64,000 nucleotides of DNA from Myxococcota bacterium (GTDB lineage: Bacteria; Myxococcota_A; UBA9160; UBA6930): assembly GCA_965223415.1 (NCBI GenBank), contig OZ245002.1:4832001-4896000 (forward strand). Direction: 5' to 3'. The position numbers and the translations under genes were made by a program. Of this stretch, positions 10,207 through 18,866 are shown in pieces (the first letter of the stretch is position 1; the number at the start of each line of letters is the position of its first letter). A model generated the notes under the pieces. The model did no database searches. It was not told the origin of the DNA and was given only the letters and a program-made list of their open reading frames with translations.

Positions 10207-11067
10207 TCACAGCCGGTCGTAGGCGGACAGGACCTGCAGGGCCTCGAGGGTCCGGATCGCGCGCCACTCCGCCACGGCCGTCGTCCCGGGCGCGGGCCAG
10301 TCGATCGGCCATCCGCCGTCCGGCTGCTGGTCCGCGGCCAGACGGTCCAGGAAGGCCTCGATGACGGCATCGCGGAAGAACGGTCGGACGGGATGCGCGG
10401 GCGCGGGCGCGAAGTGGAGGGGCGTGTGAACGTCCGGTGAGCCGGATTCTGCGGCGGGATCGACGGGCACCACGCGGCCGTCCCCGAGCGCTTCTCCCAG
10501 CGCATCGAGGAGAGGACGGGCGCGCGCCTGATCGGGCTCGTGGAGGAGGAAGTCCAATGCGGCGTGGGCTTGGTACTGGCTCGCGGGCAGCTCGCCGAGG
10601 GCCTGCTCCCAGCACCAGGCGGCGGCCCGGAGAACCCAGGGATGCTCTGGCAGACACCTCCTCAGGAGGCCGACGAGGCGCCCCGTCGGGTTCAGGTCCG
10701 GCTGGGGGACCGGCCGCCACCAGGGCGCCCGGGGGTAGCCCTCGACCGACGGCAGACAGAACGGCAGGCCCCCTTCCGGCGTGGCGACGGAGCCAAGCCA
10801 ATCGGCGCAGGGGCGCGCCCGCTCGTCGTCGAGGCTCCCGACCTCGTCCAGCACCGCGAGGCCCCAACGCGTGGCCTCGGGCTGGGAGTGCGGCGTCCGG
10901 CAATCCGGCTCCAGGGCCTGCCCGAAGCCGCCGTCCGGGTTCCGAAACGCCGCGAGGGCCCGCTCGACCGCCTCGGCGGATCCGCCGCCGAACCCGTGCT
11001 CGAAGATCCTCCGCTCGAGGACGCGTGCGTGGGTCCACAGGAAGTCGTGCGCTCGTTCGAGGTCCAT
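10207..11067 (-). CDS. Prenyltransferase/squalene-oxidase-repeat-like alpha-alpha barrel protein, function unknown
   Basis: QW-like repeats FRNPDGGFG and DQQPDGGW; ARVLERR N-terminal motif. Confidence 0.6.
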   Translation of the reverse strand: MDLERAHDFLWTHARVLERRIFEHGFGGGSAEAVERALAAFRNPDGGFGQALEPDCRTPHSQPEATRWGLAVLDEVGSLDDERARPCADWLGSVATPEGGLPFCLPSVEGYPRAPWWRPVPQPDLNPTGRLVGLLRRCLPEHPWVLRAAAWCWEQALGELPASQYQAHAALDFLLHEPDQARARPLLDALGEALGDGRVVPVDPAAESGSPDVHTPLHFAPAPAHPVRPFFRDAVIEAFLDRLAADQQPDGGWPIDWPAPGTTAVAEWRAIRTLEALQVLSAYDRL

Positions 11068-11071
11068 GCCT

Positions 11072-11860
11072 TCACCTCGCCGCGGGTGGGGTCTCGGAGA
11101 GCAGGTCCAGGGTGTGACCGAGCAGCTCGACGCCGCCCGGCTCCCCGTGGCCGGGGACGACGACCCGGGCGCGTCCGTAGCGCCGCTGCAGGGCGCGAAT
11201 CGACGCGGGCCAGGACGAGAGGTCCGCGTCGCGAAGGTTCCCGACCGAGGTGCTCGCCGCCGCGCGGACCATGCAGCTCCCCGCGAGCACAGCGGGCTCC
11301 TCGAGGTGGACGACGGCGTTGTCCACGGTGTGGCCGGGCCCCGGGAAGAACAGCTCGCCGGGCACGCCGAGGGCGTCGAGCCGGAACCCCGAGTCCACGG
11401 CCCGCGCGACGGGGGGCCAGCCGTTCTCGACCGCGATCGCGCCGGTCGCTTGGAGCGCGATGGTCTCGATGCCCCGGGCGTGCACCTCCCGGATCCCGCC
11501 GAGGCGATCGTCGTGGGCGTGGGTGACGACGAGCGCGGACACGGGACCGACGTCCCGCTCGACCCAGTCGAGGACCGCCGCCGTCTGCTCGTCGTCCCAC
11601 GCGGTATCGATCACCAGCGCCCCGCCGCCTGCCGCTCGCGCGACGATCCCGTTCGAGGGGAAGGGCCCCGTGGCCGGGTACCAGCGGAAGGACACGTGGC
11701 GCCACACGCCGGGAGCGACGGGCTGGACGTAGACGTCGTCCCGGAGCGCGGTCGCCCCGCCCGGAACCGGAGGCGCCGAGGTGCAGCCGGGAACGGCCAG
11801 ACCGACCAGACTGACCAGACCGAACGCAAGGATGGAGGCGCCGATGCCGATCGCACGCAA
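11072..11860 (-). CDS. Subclass B1 metallo-beta-lactamase, possibly lipoprotein
   Basis: THAHDDR, GPGHTVDN, GSCMVR, VGNLRDAD, VPGHG contain all six B1 Zn ligands; hydrophobic leader ending LAVPGC. Confidence 0.88.
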   Translation of the reverse strand: MRAIGIGASILAFGLVSLVGLAVPGCTSAPPVPGGATALRDDVYVQPVAPGVWRHVSFRWYPATGPFPSNGIVARAAGGGALVIDTAWDDEQTAAVLDWVERDVGPVSALVVTHAHDDRLGGIREVHARGIETIALQATGAIAVENGWPPVARAVDSGFRLDALGVPGELFFPGPGHTVDNAVVHLEEPAVLAGSCMVRAAASTSVGNLRDADLSSWPASIRALQRRYGRARVVVPGHGEPGGVELLGHTLDLLSETPPAAR

Positions 11861-11947
11861 GCGGGCCAGGGTAGCGGGCCGTCCGCGGTGGGCTCGGCGC
11901 CGGACCGGCTCGCGGCGGGCCTGGCGACAGGCGCCGTCAGCAGCGGC

Positions 11948-13393
11948 CTAGGACCCCAGGCCCAGCCGCCGGGCGATGATCAGCTTCAGCATGCGCAGGG
12001 CCGTGCGCGTCAGGTGGGGCAGGCTCTTGGAATGCTTCGATTCGCCGCCGATGCGCGGGAAGTAGCTCACGGGAATCTCGATCACCCGCTTCCGGGCCCG
12101 CAGCACCTCGATCATCATCTCGGGTGAGAACTCGGGGCCCACGCCGGTCATGCGGTCCCGCACCTGGAGCCAGACGTCCTTCCAGATGCCCCGGTAGGTG
12201 CAGCCGACGTCGGTGTAGCGGGCGCCGCGGCTCCACCAGAGCACCTCCACCAGCTTGCCGACGATCAGGTTCGCCAGGCGCACCATGCCGATCATGTTGG
12301 TGCCCTGCTCGGTCATCTCCCGGGTGGTGCGCGTGCCGATCACCATGTCCGAGTCCTTCAGGTACTCGAGGAACTTGCCCACGTCCTTGGCGCGGAAGGA
12401 GTGGTCCGCTTCGACCACGAGGACGATGTCGCCATCGGCGTGGTCGAGGCCCCAGGCGATCGTGTCGCCGTAGCCCTGGCGCTGCACCACCTCGACCCGG
12501 GCGCCGGCCTCCGCCGCCTGGGCGACGGTGGCGTCCGGCGAGGAGTTGTCGACCACCAGCACTTCGTCGACGAGGGGGCTGGCCTTGAAGTCCCGTACCA
12601 CCGAGGCGATCGACTCCTCCTCCTTGAAGGTCGGGATCACGACGCTCACCCGGGCGTCCTGGAAGGCCATGCTGCGCGCGAAGTAGTTGCCGTTGTTGTA
12701 GTCCTCGACCGAGTTCACGTTGAGGTAGTGGCCTTCGAGCTGGAAGGCGTGGACCGGGGCGCCAGCCCGGGCCGCGCTCCCGACCACGTCCATCAGCTCC
12801 ACCTGCCCGGAGCGGGGGGAGGGCGCAGCGGCGCGAATGCGGTCGAAGATCTCGGGCGTGAAGAGGTAGCTGCCGCAGCCGAGCCAGGAGGTCGGCGGCC
12901 GCTGGGGCTTCTCCTCCAGGTCGACGATCCGGTCGCCCTGGATGCGCACGCTGTAGTTCTTCTGGATGAGCCGCTTGTCCGAGCAGTGGCGGACGGCACA
13001 CACCGCCAGGTAGTCGCCCTCGGGCTCCCGCAGCTCGGCGTGGTTCGAGCCCAGGTAGAGCTCGTCCGCCAGCATCATCACGAAGGGCTTCTCCAGGTGC
13101 GGCTCGGCGAGGAGCATGCCGTTGGCGAGGCCGATCTTGGGCTCGGGGCAGTCGACCCAGATGAGGCGCAGGCCGAGCTGGGCGCCGTCGCCCAGGCGCT
13201 CGCGGATCTGGTCGCCCAGGTGGCCGGTGATGATCACCGCCTCCTCGATGCCCATCTCGTCGCGGAGGATCTCGAGGTTGCGCTGGATCAGCGGCTTGCC
13301 CGCGACCTCGAGCAGCGGCTTCGGGATCCAGCGCGTCTTCGGGTAGGCGCGCATGCCTTCGCCGGCCGCCGGGATGAGGGCAGTGCGGATCAT
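11948..13393 (-). CDS. Fusion of sugar-phosphate nucleotidyltransferase and GT2 (DPM-synthase-like) glycosyltransferase
   Basis: N-term LIPAAGEGMR...PKPLLEVAGKPLI; C-term SVVIPTFKEE, VVDNSSPD, QGYG, VEADHS, EIPVSYFPRIGGESK. Confidence 0.88.
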   Translation of the reverse strand: MIRTALIPAAGEGMRAYPKTRWIPKPLLEVAGKPLIQRNLEILRDEMGIEEAVIITGHLGDQIRERLGDGAQLGLRLIWVDCPEPKIGLANGMLLAEPHLEKPFVMMLADELYLGSNHAELREPEGDYLAVCAVRHCSDKRLIQKNYSVRIQGDRIVDLEEKPQRPPTSWLGCGSYLFTPEIFDRIRAAAPSPRSGQVELMDVVGSAARAGAPVHAFQLEGHYLNVNSVEDYNNGNYFARSMAFQDARVSVVIPTFKEEESIASVVRDFKASPLVDEVLVVDNSSPDATVAQAAEAGARVEVVQRQGYGDTIAWGLDHADGDIVLVVEADHSFRAKDVGKFLEYLKDSDMVIGTRTTREMTEQGTNMIGMVRLANLIVGKLVEVLWWSRGARYTDVGCTYRGIWKDVWLQVRDRMTGVGPEFSPEMMIEVLRARKRVIEIPVSYFPRIGGESKHSKSLPHLTRTALRMLKLIIARRLGLGS

Positions 13394-13495
13394 GGTGTTG
13401 GGCTCATCGGCGCCACGACCCGGAGAGCTTACCCGGTCCGCATCGGCCGGGCGGACGCGGCCCCGGGCGCCGGCCGGCGAGGCTCCTACACTCGA

Positions 13496-13675
13496 CGCCC
13501 GAGCCCGTCACCGATGCCCGCCGCCCGGGGGGCGCCCGAGCCCGTCACCGATGCCCGCCGCCTGGGGGGGCGCCCGAGCCCGTCACCGATGCCCGCCGCC
13601 TGGGGGGGCGCCCGAGCCCGTCACCGATGCCCGCCGTCCGGGAGGCGTACGAGCCCGTCACCGATGCCCGCCGCC
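13496..13675. repeat. Tandem repeat, 5 copies of a 37-38 bp unit
   Basis: Core CGAGCCCGTCACCGATGCCCGCCG identical in 5 copies; units start at 13496, 13533, 13571, 13609, 13646; linkers of the first three units end in G6-G7 tracts. Confidence 0.95.
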
Positions 13676-13686
13676 GAACGTCCTTC

Positions 13687-15540
13687 GTGAGCCCGCCGCC
13701 CCGAGAGCGCAGCCCCGCGTGGGCGTTGGCCCTGGCCGCCCTGTGGCCGGCCGCCTGGATCGGCGTCGGCGACGTGTGGGGACACGGCCGCGCACTCCCA
13801 GCCGGCGATGCGGCCCTCGCCGTCGCGCTCTGGTCGGGCTTCGCGCTGCCCGCGGCGCTCGTGGCCGGGCTCGTGGGTCGGGCGCTCGGCAGCGGCGTTC
13901 GCGGACAGGCCTTCGCGGCACGGCTGGTCGGCGTGGGCTGGGCCGCCGCGGCAGTGCTCGCCCTCGCCCGGGGCTGGCTCACACCCGCCGGTGCGGTCCC
14001 CCTCGCGCTCCTCGGCGTGCTGGTGGGCGGTGCGGCGCGCATGGCGCGCCTCGCGCCGCTCCTGGCCGGGGGCCTGCTGGCGGCGCCGGTCCTCGCCGCC
14101 TTCGCCGGCGGCGCCGCCACGCGCGCTCCCGCGCCGGACGTCGGCGCACCGCAGCCCGAGCCGCGCCACGTCGTGCTGATCGTGCTGGATACCCAGCGCG
14201 CCGATCACCTGGGCGCCTACGGCCATCCCGGTGGGATCTCACCGGCCTTCGACGCCGCGGCCGCCGACGCGCGGCTCTACCGGAGCTGCTTCGCGCCGGC
14301 GTCCTGGACCGTGCCGTCCCATGCCTCGCTCTTCACCGGGCTCTACCCGCGGAGCCACGGAACCCACTTCGATCAGCACCGCTGGCTCGACGACCGCTTC
14401 GAGACCCTGGCCGAGGGCCTCACCGCCGCCGGCTACCGCACCCTCGGCCTCGCGGCGAACCACCACGTGGCGCTCGCGAACCTCGCCCAGGGCTTCGCCC
14501 GCTACGAAAGCCTGGGCATGCCGCGGGGCCTGCGGCTGCGCCAGCCGCTGCAGCTTCTGGGCGGGCCCGCTCGCTGGATCGACGAAGGCGCCAGCGAGGC
14601 GGCGGAACGGGTCGAGGCCATTCTCGGAAAGGACCCTCAAGTCTCCGTCCCGACGTTCCTTTTCGTGAACCTGCTGGAGCCCCACTGGCGCTACCTGCCG
14701 CCCGCTGCCGAGCGCCGCCGCGGCCTGCCTGCCGGCCTCGACGCCTGGACGGCGACGCGCCTCGTCTCGGGCTTCTTCGGGCCGTTGGCCTTCGCCCGGG
14801 GCGGGGCCGTCCCGCAGGAGACCGCAGCCGTGCGCGCCTTCTACGCGGCGGAGGTCCGCTACCAGGATGCGCAGCTGGCGAGGCTTCTCGAGGTGATCGA
14901 CCGGCGGCTCGGGCGCGAGCGCACCCTCCTCGTCATCACCTCGGACCACGGCGAGAACCTGGGCGAGGCCGGGCGCTGGGATCACGTGTTCGCCGTGAAC
15001 GATCACCTGATCCACGTTCCCATGCTGGTCCGGGCGCCGGGGGCCGTGGCGCCCGGAGTCGAGAGTGGCCTGTGCCAGCTCCTCGACGTTCCGGCGACGG
15101 TCGCCGCCTGGACCGGCACGGGCCTCGAGACCGGGGCAGGCCACAGCCTCCTCGACGAGGCCTACCCGGGCCGCGAGGCGGTCTTCGCCGAAGGAGACCC
15201 CTTCTACGGCCACCTCGAGCGCATGTCCGTCCACACCGGCCTGGAGCGGGACGTGGCCGGATTCACCGCCCGCCTGGTCGCCGCACGGGACGAGCGCTTC
15301 AAGCTCGTCGTCTCGTCCCGCACCGGAGAGGCCCTCTACGATCTCACCGTGGATCCGGACGAGGAGACCGATGTGGCCACCGCGTTCCCGGAGCAGGTCG
15401 CCCGACTCCGGGAGGCCCTGGCGGCCTGGCGGAAGGACCAGCCGATCTACCGCAGGGAGGCAGCCGGCGAGGCAGCCGGCGCCGGCATGAGCGATGCGGA
15501 GCGGGAGCTCCTGGAAACCCTGGGCTACGTGGAGCCCTGA
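13687..15540 (+). CDS. Membrane-anchored sulfatase-like hydrolase/transferase (alkaline phosphatase superfamily)
   Basis: N-terminal TMs, then VVLIVLDTQRADHLG, WTVPSHASLFTG, ITSDHGE, HVPML, LYDLTVDPDE, LETLGY; start either GTG 13687 or ATG 13627. Confidence 0.88.
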   Translation: MSPPPRERSPAWALALAALWPAAWIGVGDVWGHGRALPAGDAALAVALWSGFALPAALVAGLVGRALGSGVRGQAFAARLVGVGWAAAAVLALARGWLTPAGAVPLALLGVLVGGAARMARLAPLLAGGLLAAPVLAAFAGGAATRAPAPDVGAPQPEPRHVVLIVLDTQRADHLGAYGHPGGISPAFDAAAADARLYRSCFAPASWTVPSHASLFTGLYPRSHGTHFDQHRWLDDRFETLAEGLTAAGYRTLGLAANHHVALANLAQGFARYESLGMPRGLRLRQPLQLLGGPARWIDEGASEAAERVEAILGKDPQVSVPTFLFVNLLEPHWRYLPPAAERRRGLPAGLDAWTATRLVSGFFGPLAFARGGAVPQETAAVRAFYAAEVRYQDAQLARLLEVIDRRLGRERTLLVITSDHGENLGEAGRWDHVFAVNDHLIHVPMLVRAPGAVAPGVESGLCQLLDVPATVAAWTGTGLETGAGHSLLDEAYPGREAVFAEGDPFYGHLERMSVHTGLERDVAGFTARLVAARDERFKLVVSSRTGEALYDLTVDPDEETDVATAFPEQVARLREALAAWRKDQPIYRREAAGEAAGAGMSDAERELLETLGYVEP

Positions 15541-15623
15541 GCGCCGCCCTCAGCTCGGGCCGTCGGACGGCCGATGACACCGACACCCGGGCCGGGGACA
15601 CCCACCCCTCACCGACACGCAGC

Positions 15624-16661
15624 ATGGGTCGAAACCTCTTCGAACATCACCCGATCCTGGGCTACCGCTTCGTGCCCGGTCTTCGGGCACGGGTCCGCCA
15701 CGAGGGCGGCGGCTACCTGGTGCGCTGCAACCGGGCGGGCTTCCGTTGCGATCACGAGACGACCCGGGAGCGGCGGCGGGGCCAGCGACGCGTGCTGCTG
15801 TTCGGCGATTCCTTCACCGCCGGCGAGGGCGTCTCCAACCGCTTCCGCTTCGGCGACCTGCTGGAGCGCCGGGTGCCCGACCTCCAGGTGCTGAACTTCG
15901 GCCTGCCCGGCTCGGGCACGGACCAGCAGTACCTGGCCTTCCGGGAGTTCGCGCGGGATCTCGAGGCGGACGCGCTGCTCCTGTGTCCGATGGTCGAGAA
16001 CGTGCGCCGCAACCTGGACACCCACCGGCTGACCCAGAGCGCCAGTGACGGCCACCTGGTGCTTCGCGCGAAGCCGTACTTCGCCTTCGAGGAGGGAACG
16101 CTGCGGCTCCACCACCAGCCCGTGCCGAAGCAGGTCGTGCCGGAGGCCGAGCTCGACGCCGGCGCGCGAATCTCGAACTGGACGCGCGAGCCGGAGGAGC
16201 CCTCCGAGGCCCGAGCACGCTGGCGGGCCCTCGGCGCCCGGCTCGACGGCTGGCTGCCGGGCGTGCGCGGCCTCTCGCGGAGGCTCCGCGGCGTGCGCTG
16301 GCCCCTCGACTACGAAGATCCGGCGAGCCCTGGCTGGCGGCTGATGGCAGCCATCCTCGAGCGCTGGGTCGGCGAGGCCCAGGCACCCGTGCTGCTGGCG
16401 CCGCTCCCGACCAGCGACCACGTGGCGGGAGACCTGGTCGCCGACGGCATTCGCGCGCGCTTCGGTGAGCTGGCCGCCGCGACCGGCGCCACCTTCGTCG
16501 ACGTGCTGCCGGCCCTGCGCGCCGAGTCCCGCCCGGTGCTGCGGCGCTTCCGCTTCCCGGAGGACGACCATCCGACCCGGCTCGGTCACGGCCTGCTGGC
16601 GGCGGCCCTGACCGATCCCGTAGCGGCGGCGCTCGCGCCCGCCCGCGGAGCGGCGGCATGA
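15624..16661 (+). CDS. SGNH/GDSL hydrolase family protein
   Basis: NRAGFR, LFGDSFTAG (block I), VLNFGLPGSGTDQ, DDHPTRLGH (block V). Confidence 0.88.
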   Translation: MGRNLFEHHPILGYRFVPGLRARVRHEGGGYLVRCNRAGFRCDHETTRERRRGQRRVLLFGDSFTAGEGVSNRFRFGDLLERRVPDLQVLNFGLPGSGTDQQYLAFREFARDLEADALLLCPMVENVRRNLDTHRLTQSASDGHLVLRAKPYFAFEEGTLRLHHQPVPKQVVPEAELDAGARISNWTREPEEPSEARARWRALGARLDGWLPGVRGLSRRLRGVRWPLDYEDPASPGWRLMAAILERWVGEAQAPVLLAPLPTSDHVAGDLVADGIRARFGELAAATGATFVDVLPALRAESRPVLRRFRFPEDDHPTRLGHGLLAAALTDPVAAALAPARGAAA

Positions 16662-18502
16662 GCCAGGGCCCGCTCTACGTCCTGGGCGTCTCCGCCTTCT
16701 ATCACGACGCCGCCGCCGCCCTGGTCTGCGACGGCCAGGTGGTGGCGGCGGCCCAGGAGGAGCGCTTCACGCGCAAGAAGCACGACCCGCGCTTCCCGGT
16801 GAACGCCATCAACGCCTGTCTCGAGACGGCGGAGATCGAAGCGGAGGCGCTCGCGGCGGCGGTCTTCTACGAGAGCCCGCTGCTCTCCCTCGATCGCATC
16901 CTGCGCACGGCCGCCGGCGCCGGCGAGGCCGCCCTCTCCGCGTGGGTCGAAGGCCTGCCCGGCTGGCTCAGGACGAAGCTCCACTTCGAGGGGCTCCTGC
17001 ACGAGGAGCTTGGCCTGGCGGTGCCAGTGCTCTACAGCGAGCACCACGTCTCCCACGCGGCGAGCGCCTTCTACCCCTCGCCCTACGAAGACGCGGCGAT
17101 CCTCTCGATCGACGGCGTCGGGGAGTGGGCCACCACGACCCTCGCCGAGGGCGACGCCACGGGGCTGCGGCTCCACGAGGAGATCCGCTTCCCCCACTCG
17201 CTGGGCCTGCTGTACAGCGCCTTCACCCAGTACTGCGGCTTCCGGGTCAACTCTGGTGAGTACAAGCTGATGGGCCTGGCGCCCTACGGCGAGCCGGTCT
17301 ACGCGGACCGCATCCGGGACGAGCTGATCGATCTCCGGCCCGACGGCTCCTATGCGCTCTCTATGGATCACTTCGCCTACGTCGAGGGCGAGACCATGAC
17401 GAACGAGCGCTTCCACGCGCTCTTCGGCGGGCCGCCCCGCGAGCGAGAATCGCGAATTCGCAAGAAAGACGCGGATTTGGCGGCCTCCATTCAAGTTGTG
17501 ACCGAAGAAGCCGTGCTGCGCATGGCCCGCCACCTGCGGGAGCTCACTGGCCGGAGCCGGCTGGTGATGGCTGGCGGCGTGGCGCTCAACTGCGTGGCCA
17601 ACGGCAAGCTCCTGCGGGAGGGCGTCTTCGACGAGCTGTGGATCCAGCCCGCCGCCGGCGACGCGGGCGGCGCCCTGGGCGCCGCCTACGTGGGGAGCCA
17701 CGTCTACTTCGAGGTGCCGCGGGTGGACGCGCCGGCCCCGGGCCGCGACCGCCAGCGCGGGAGCTACCTGGGCCCGCGCTACAGCAACGACGAGGTGCGC
17801 TCCTTCCTCGACCTCCACGACCTGCCCTACGAGCTGGTGAGCCACGAGGAGCGGTCCGAGCGCACGGCCGCGGCCCTCGCCGAAGGCCAGGTGGTCGGGT
17901 ACATGGTCGGCCCCGCCGAGTTCGGGCCGCGGGCCCTCGGAGCCCGTTCCATCCTCGGCGACCCCCGCAACGCGGACACCCAGTCCGTGATGAACCTGAA
18001 GATCAAGTTCCGGGAGTCGTTCCGGCCCTTCGCGCCCTCGGTGCTGCCCGAGGCCTGCGGCGAGCTGTTCGAGCTCGACGCCGAGAGCCCGTACATGCTC
18101 CTGGTGGCGCCGGTGCGCGAGGAGATCCGGCTCCCCCAGGAGGACGCAGCGGACGGCGACGGCGAGGACCTGATCGCCCAGGTGAACCGCCCCCGCAGCA
18201 GCATCCCGGCGGTGACCCACGTGGACTACAGCGCGCGGATCCAGACCGTCGACGGCGTGGACAAGCCGGACTATCACGCCGTGATCCGCGCGTTCCAGGG
18301 GCTCACCGGGGTCGGCTGCGTGGTGAACACCTCCTTCAACGTGCGAGGCGAACCGATGGTGCTCTCTCCCCGGGACGCCTACACCTGCTTCATGCGTACG
18401 GACATGGACCTGCTGGTGATCGAGAACTTCCTGCTGCGCAAGAGCGAACAGCCGAAATTCGAGGACCGCGCGGACTGGCAGGAGGAGTACGAGCTTGACT
18501 GA
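16658..18502 (+). CDS. O-carbamoyltransferase (NodU/CmcH/SxtI family)
   Basis: GVSAFYHDAAAAL, EHHVSHAASAF, DGVGE, GEYKLMGLAPYG, AGGVALNCVANG, EFGPRALGARS, KFRESFRPFAP, NTSFNVRGEP. Confidence 0.95.
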   Translation: MSQGPLYVLGVSAFYHDAAAALVCDGQVVAAAQEERFTRKKHDPRFPVNAINACLETAEIEAEALAAAVFYESPLLSLDRILRTAAGAGEAALSAWVEGLPGWLRTKLHFEGLLHEELGLAVPVLYSEHHVSHAASAFYPSPYEDAAILSIDGVGEWATTTLAEGDATGLRLHEEIRFPHSLGLLYSAFTQYCGFRVNSGEYKLMGLAPYGEPVYADRIRDELIDLRPDGSYALSMDHFAYVEGETMTNERFHALFGGPPRERESRIRKKDADLAASIQVVTEEAVLRMARHLRELTGRSRLVMAGGVALNCVANGKLLREGVFDELWIQPAAGDAGGALGAAYVGSHVYFEVPRVDAPAPGRDRQRGSYLGPRYSNDEVRSFLDLHDLPYELVSHEERSERTAAALAEGQVVGYMVGPAEFGPRALGARSILGDPRNADTQSVMNLKIKFRESFRPFAPSVLPEACGELFELDAESPYMLLVAPVREEIRLPQEDAADGDGEDLIAQVNRPRSSIPAVTHVDYSARIQTVDGVDKPDYHAVIRAFQGLTGVGCVVNTSFNVRGEPMVLSPRDAYTCFMRTDMDLLVIENFLLRKSEQPKFEDRADWQEEYELD

Positions 18503-18854
18503 CTCGAAGCAGAGGCTCGCCGAGGTCGAGGGCATCGACCCGAAGCAGCGGGACGCCCTCGTCGACTTCTTCCGGCAGCGGGTGGTCGCGCTGGGGAGCG
18601 ACGTGGCGGAGCATCCGCGGCCGCCGGCCGGCGCCGACGACTCGTACTACCACTCCCGAGGCGGCGAGCGGCCGCGGGCCACGTCGATGGAGATCGACCT
18701 CGGCAGCCGCCGCAGCATCGCCCGCGCCCTCGACGGCCACTGGCGGGGCACGCCGCTCGAGGGCCTCGGCAGGGGGCTCCTGCGGCTCGCGCGCCTCTTC
18801 CCGCGTCGCGCGGAGAAGGCCGATGTCTCCTCCGACGTCTACGAAATGTTCTAG
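18495..18854 (+). CDS. Small hypothetical protein coupled to carbamoyltransferase
   Basis: 119 aa, overlaps carbamoyltransferase end, GGAG upstream, fills the gap to the next gene; ends VSSDVYEMF. Confidence 0.65.
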   Translation: MTDSKQRLAEVEGIDPKQRDALVDFFRQRVVALGSDVAEHPRPPAGADDSYYHSRGGERPRATSMEIDLGSRRSIARALDGHWRGTPLEGLGRGLLRLARLFPRRAEKADVSSDVYEMF

Positions 18855-18866
18855 CCGCGGGCGTCC

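Noticed and set aside
10207..11860. Mobile resistance cassette around the beta-lactamase
   Set aside because: No transposase, integrase, attC-like site or compositional shift seen
13496..13675. Possible CRISPR array
   Set aside because: Inter-repeat segments are only ~13-14 bp and nearly identical rather than unique spacers; no cas genes in the window
13353..15623. 1102-aa ORF 13353..16661 as one giant protein
   Set aside because: The first ~750 aa are an Arg/Pro/Gly-rich off-frame shadow of the repeat and the sulfatase-like gene; only 15624 onward has SGNH motifs
15624..18854. Saxitoxin or other secondary-metabolite cluster
   Set aside because: Only carbamoyltransferase/SGNH-type genes are present; no sxtA, amidinotransferase, PKS or NRPS; the context is glycan biosynthesis
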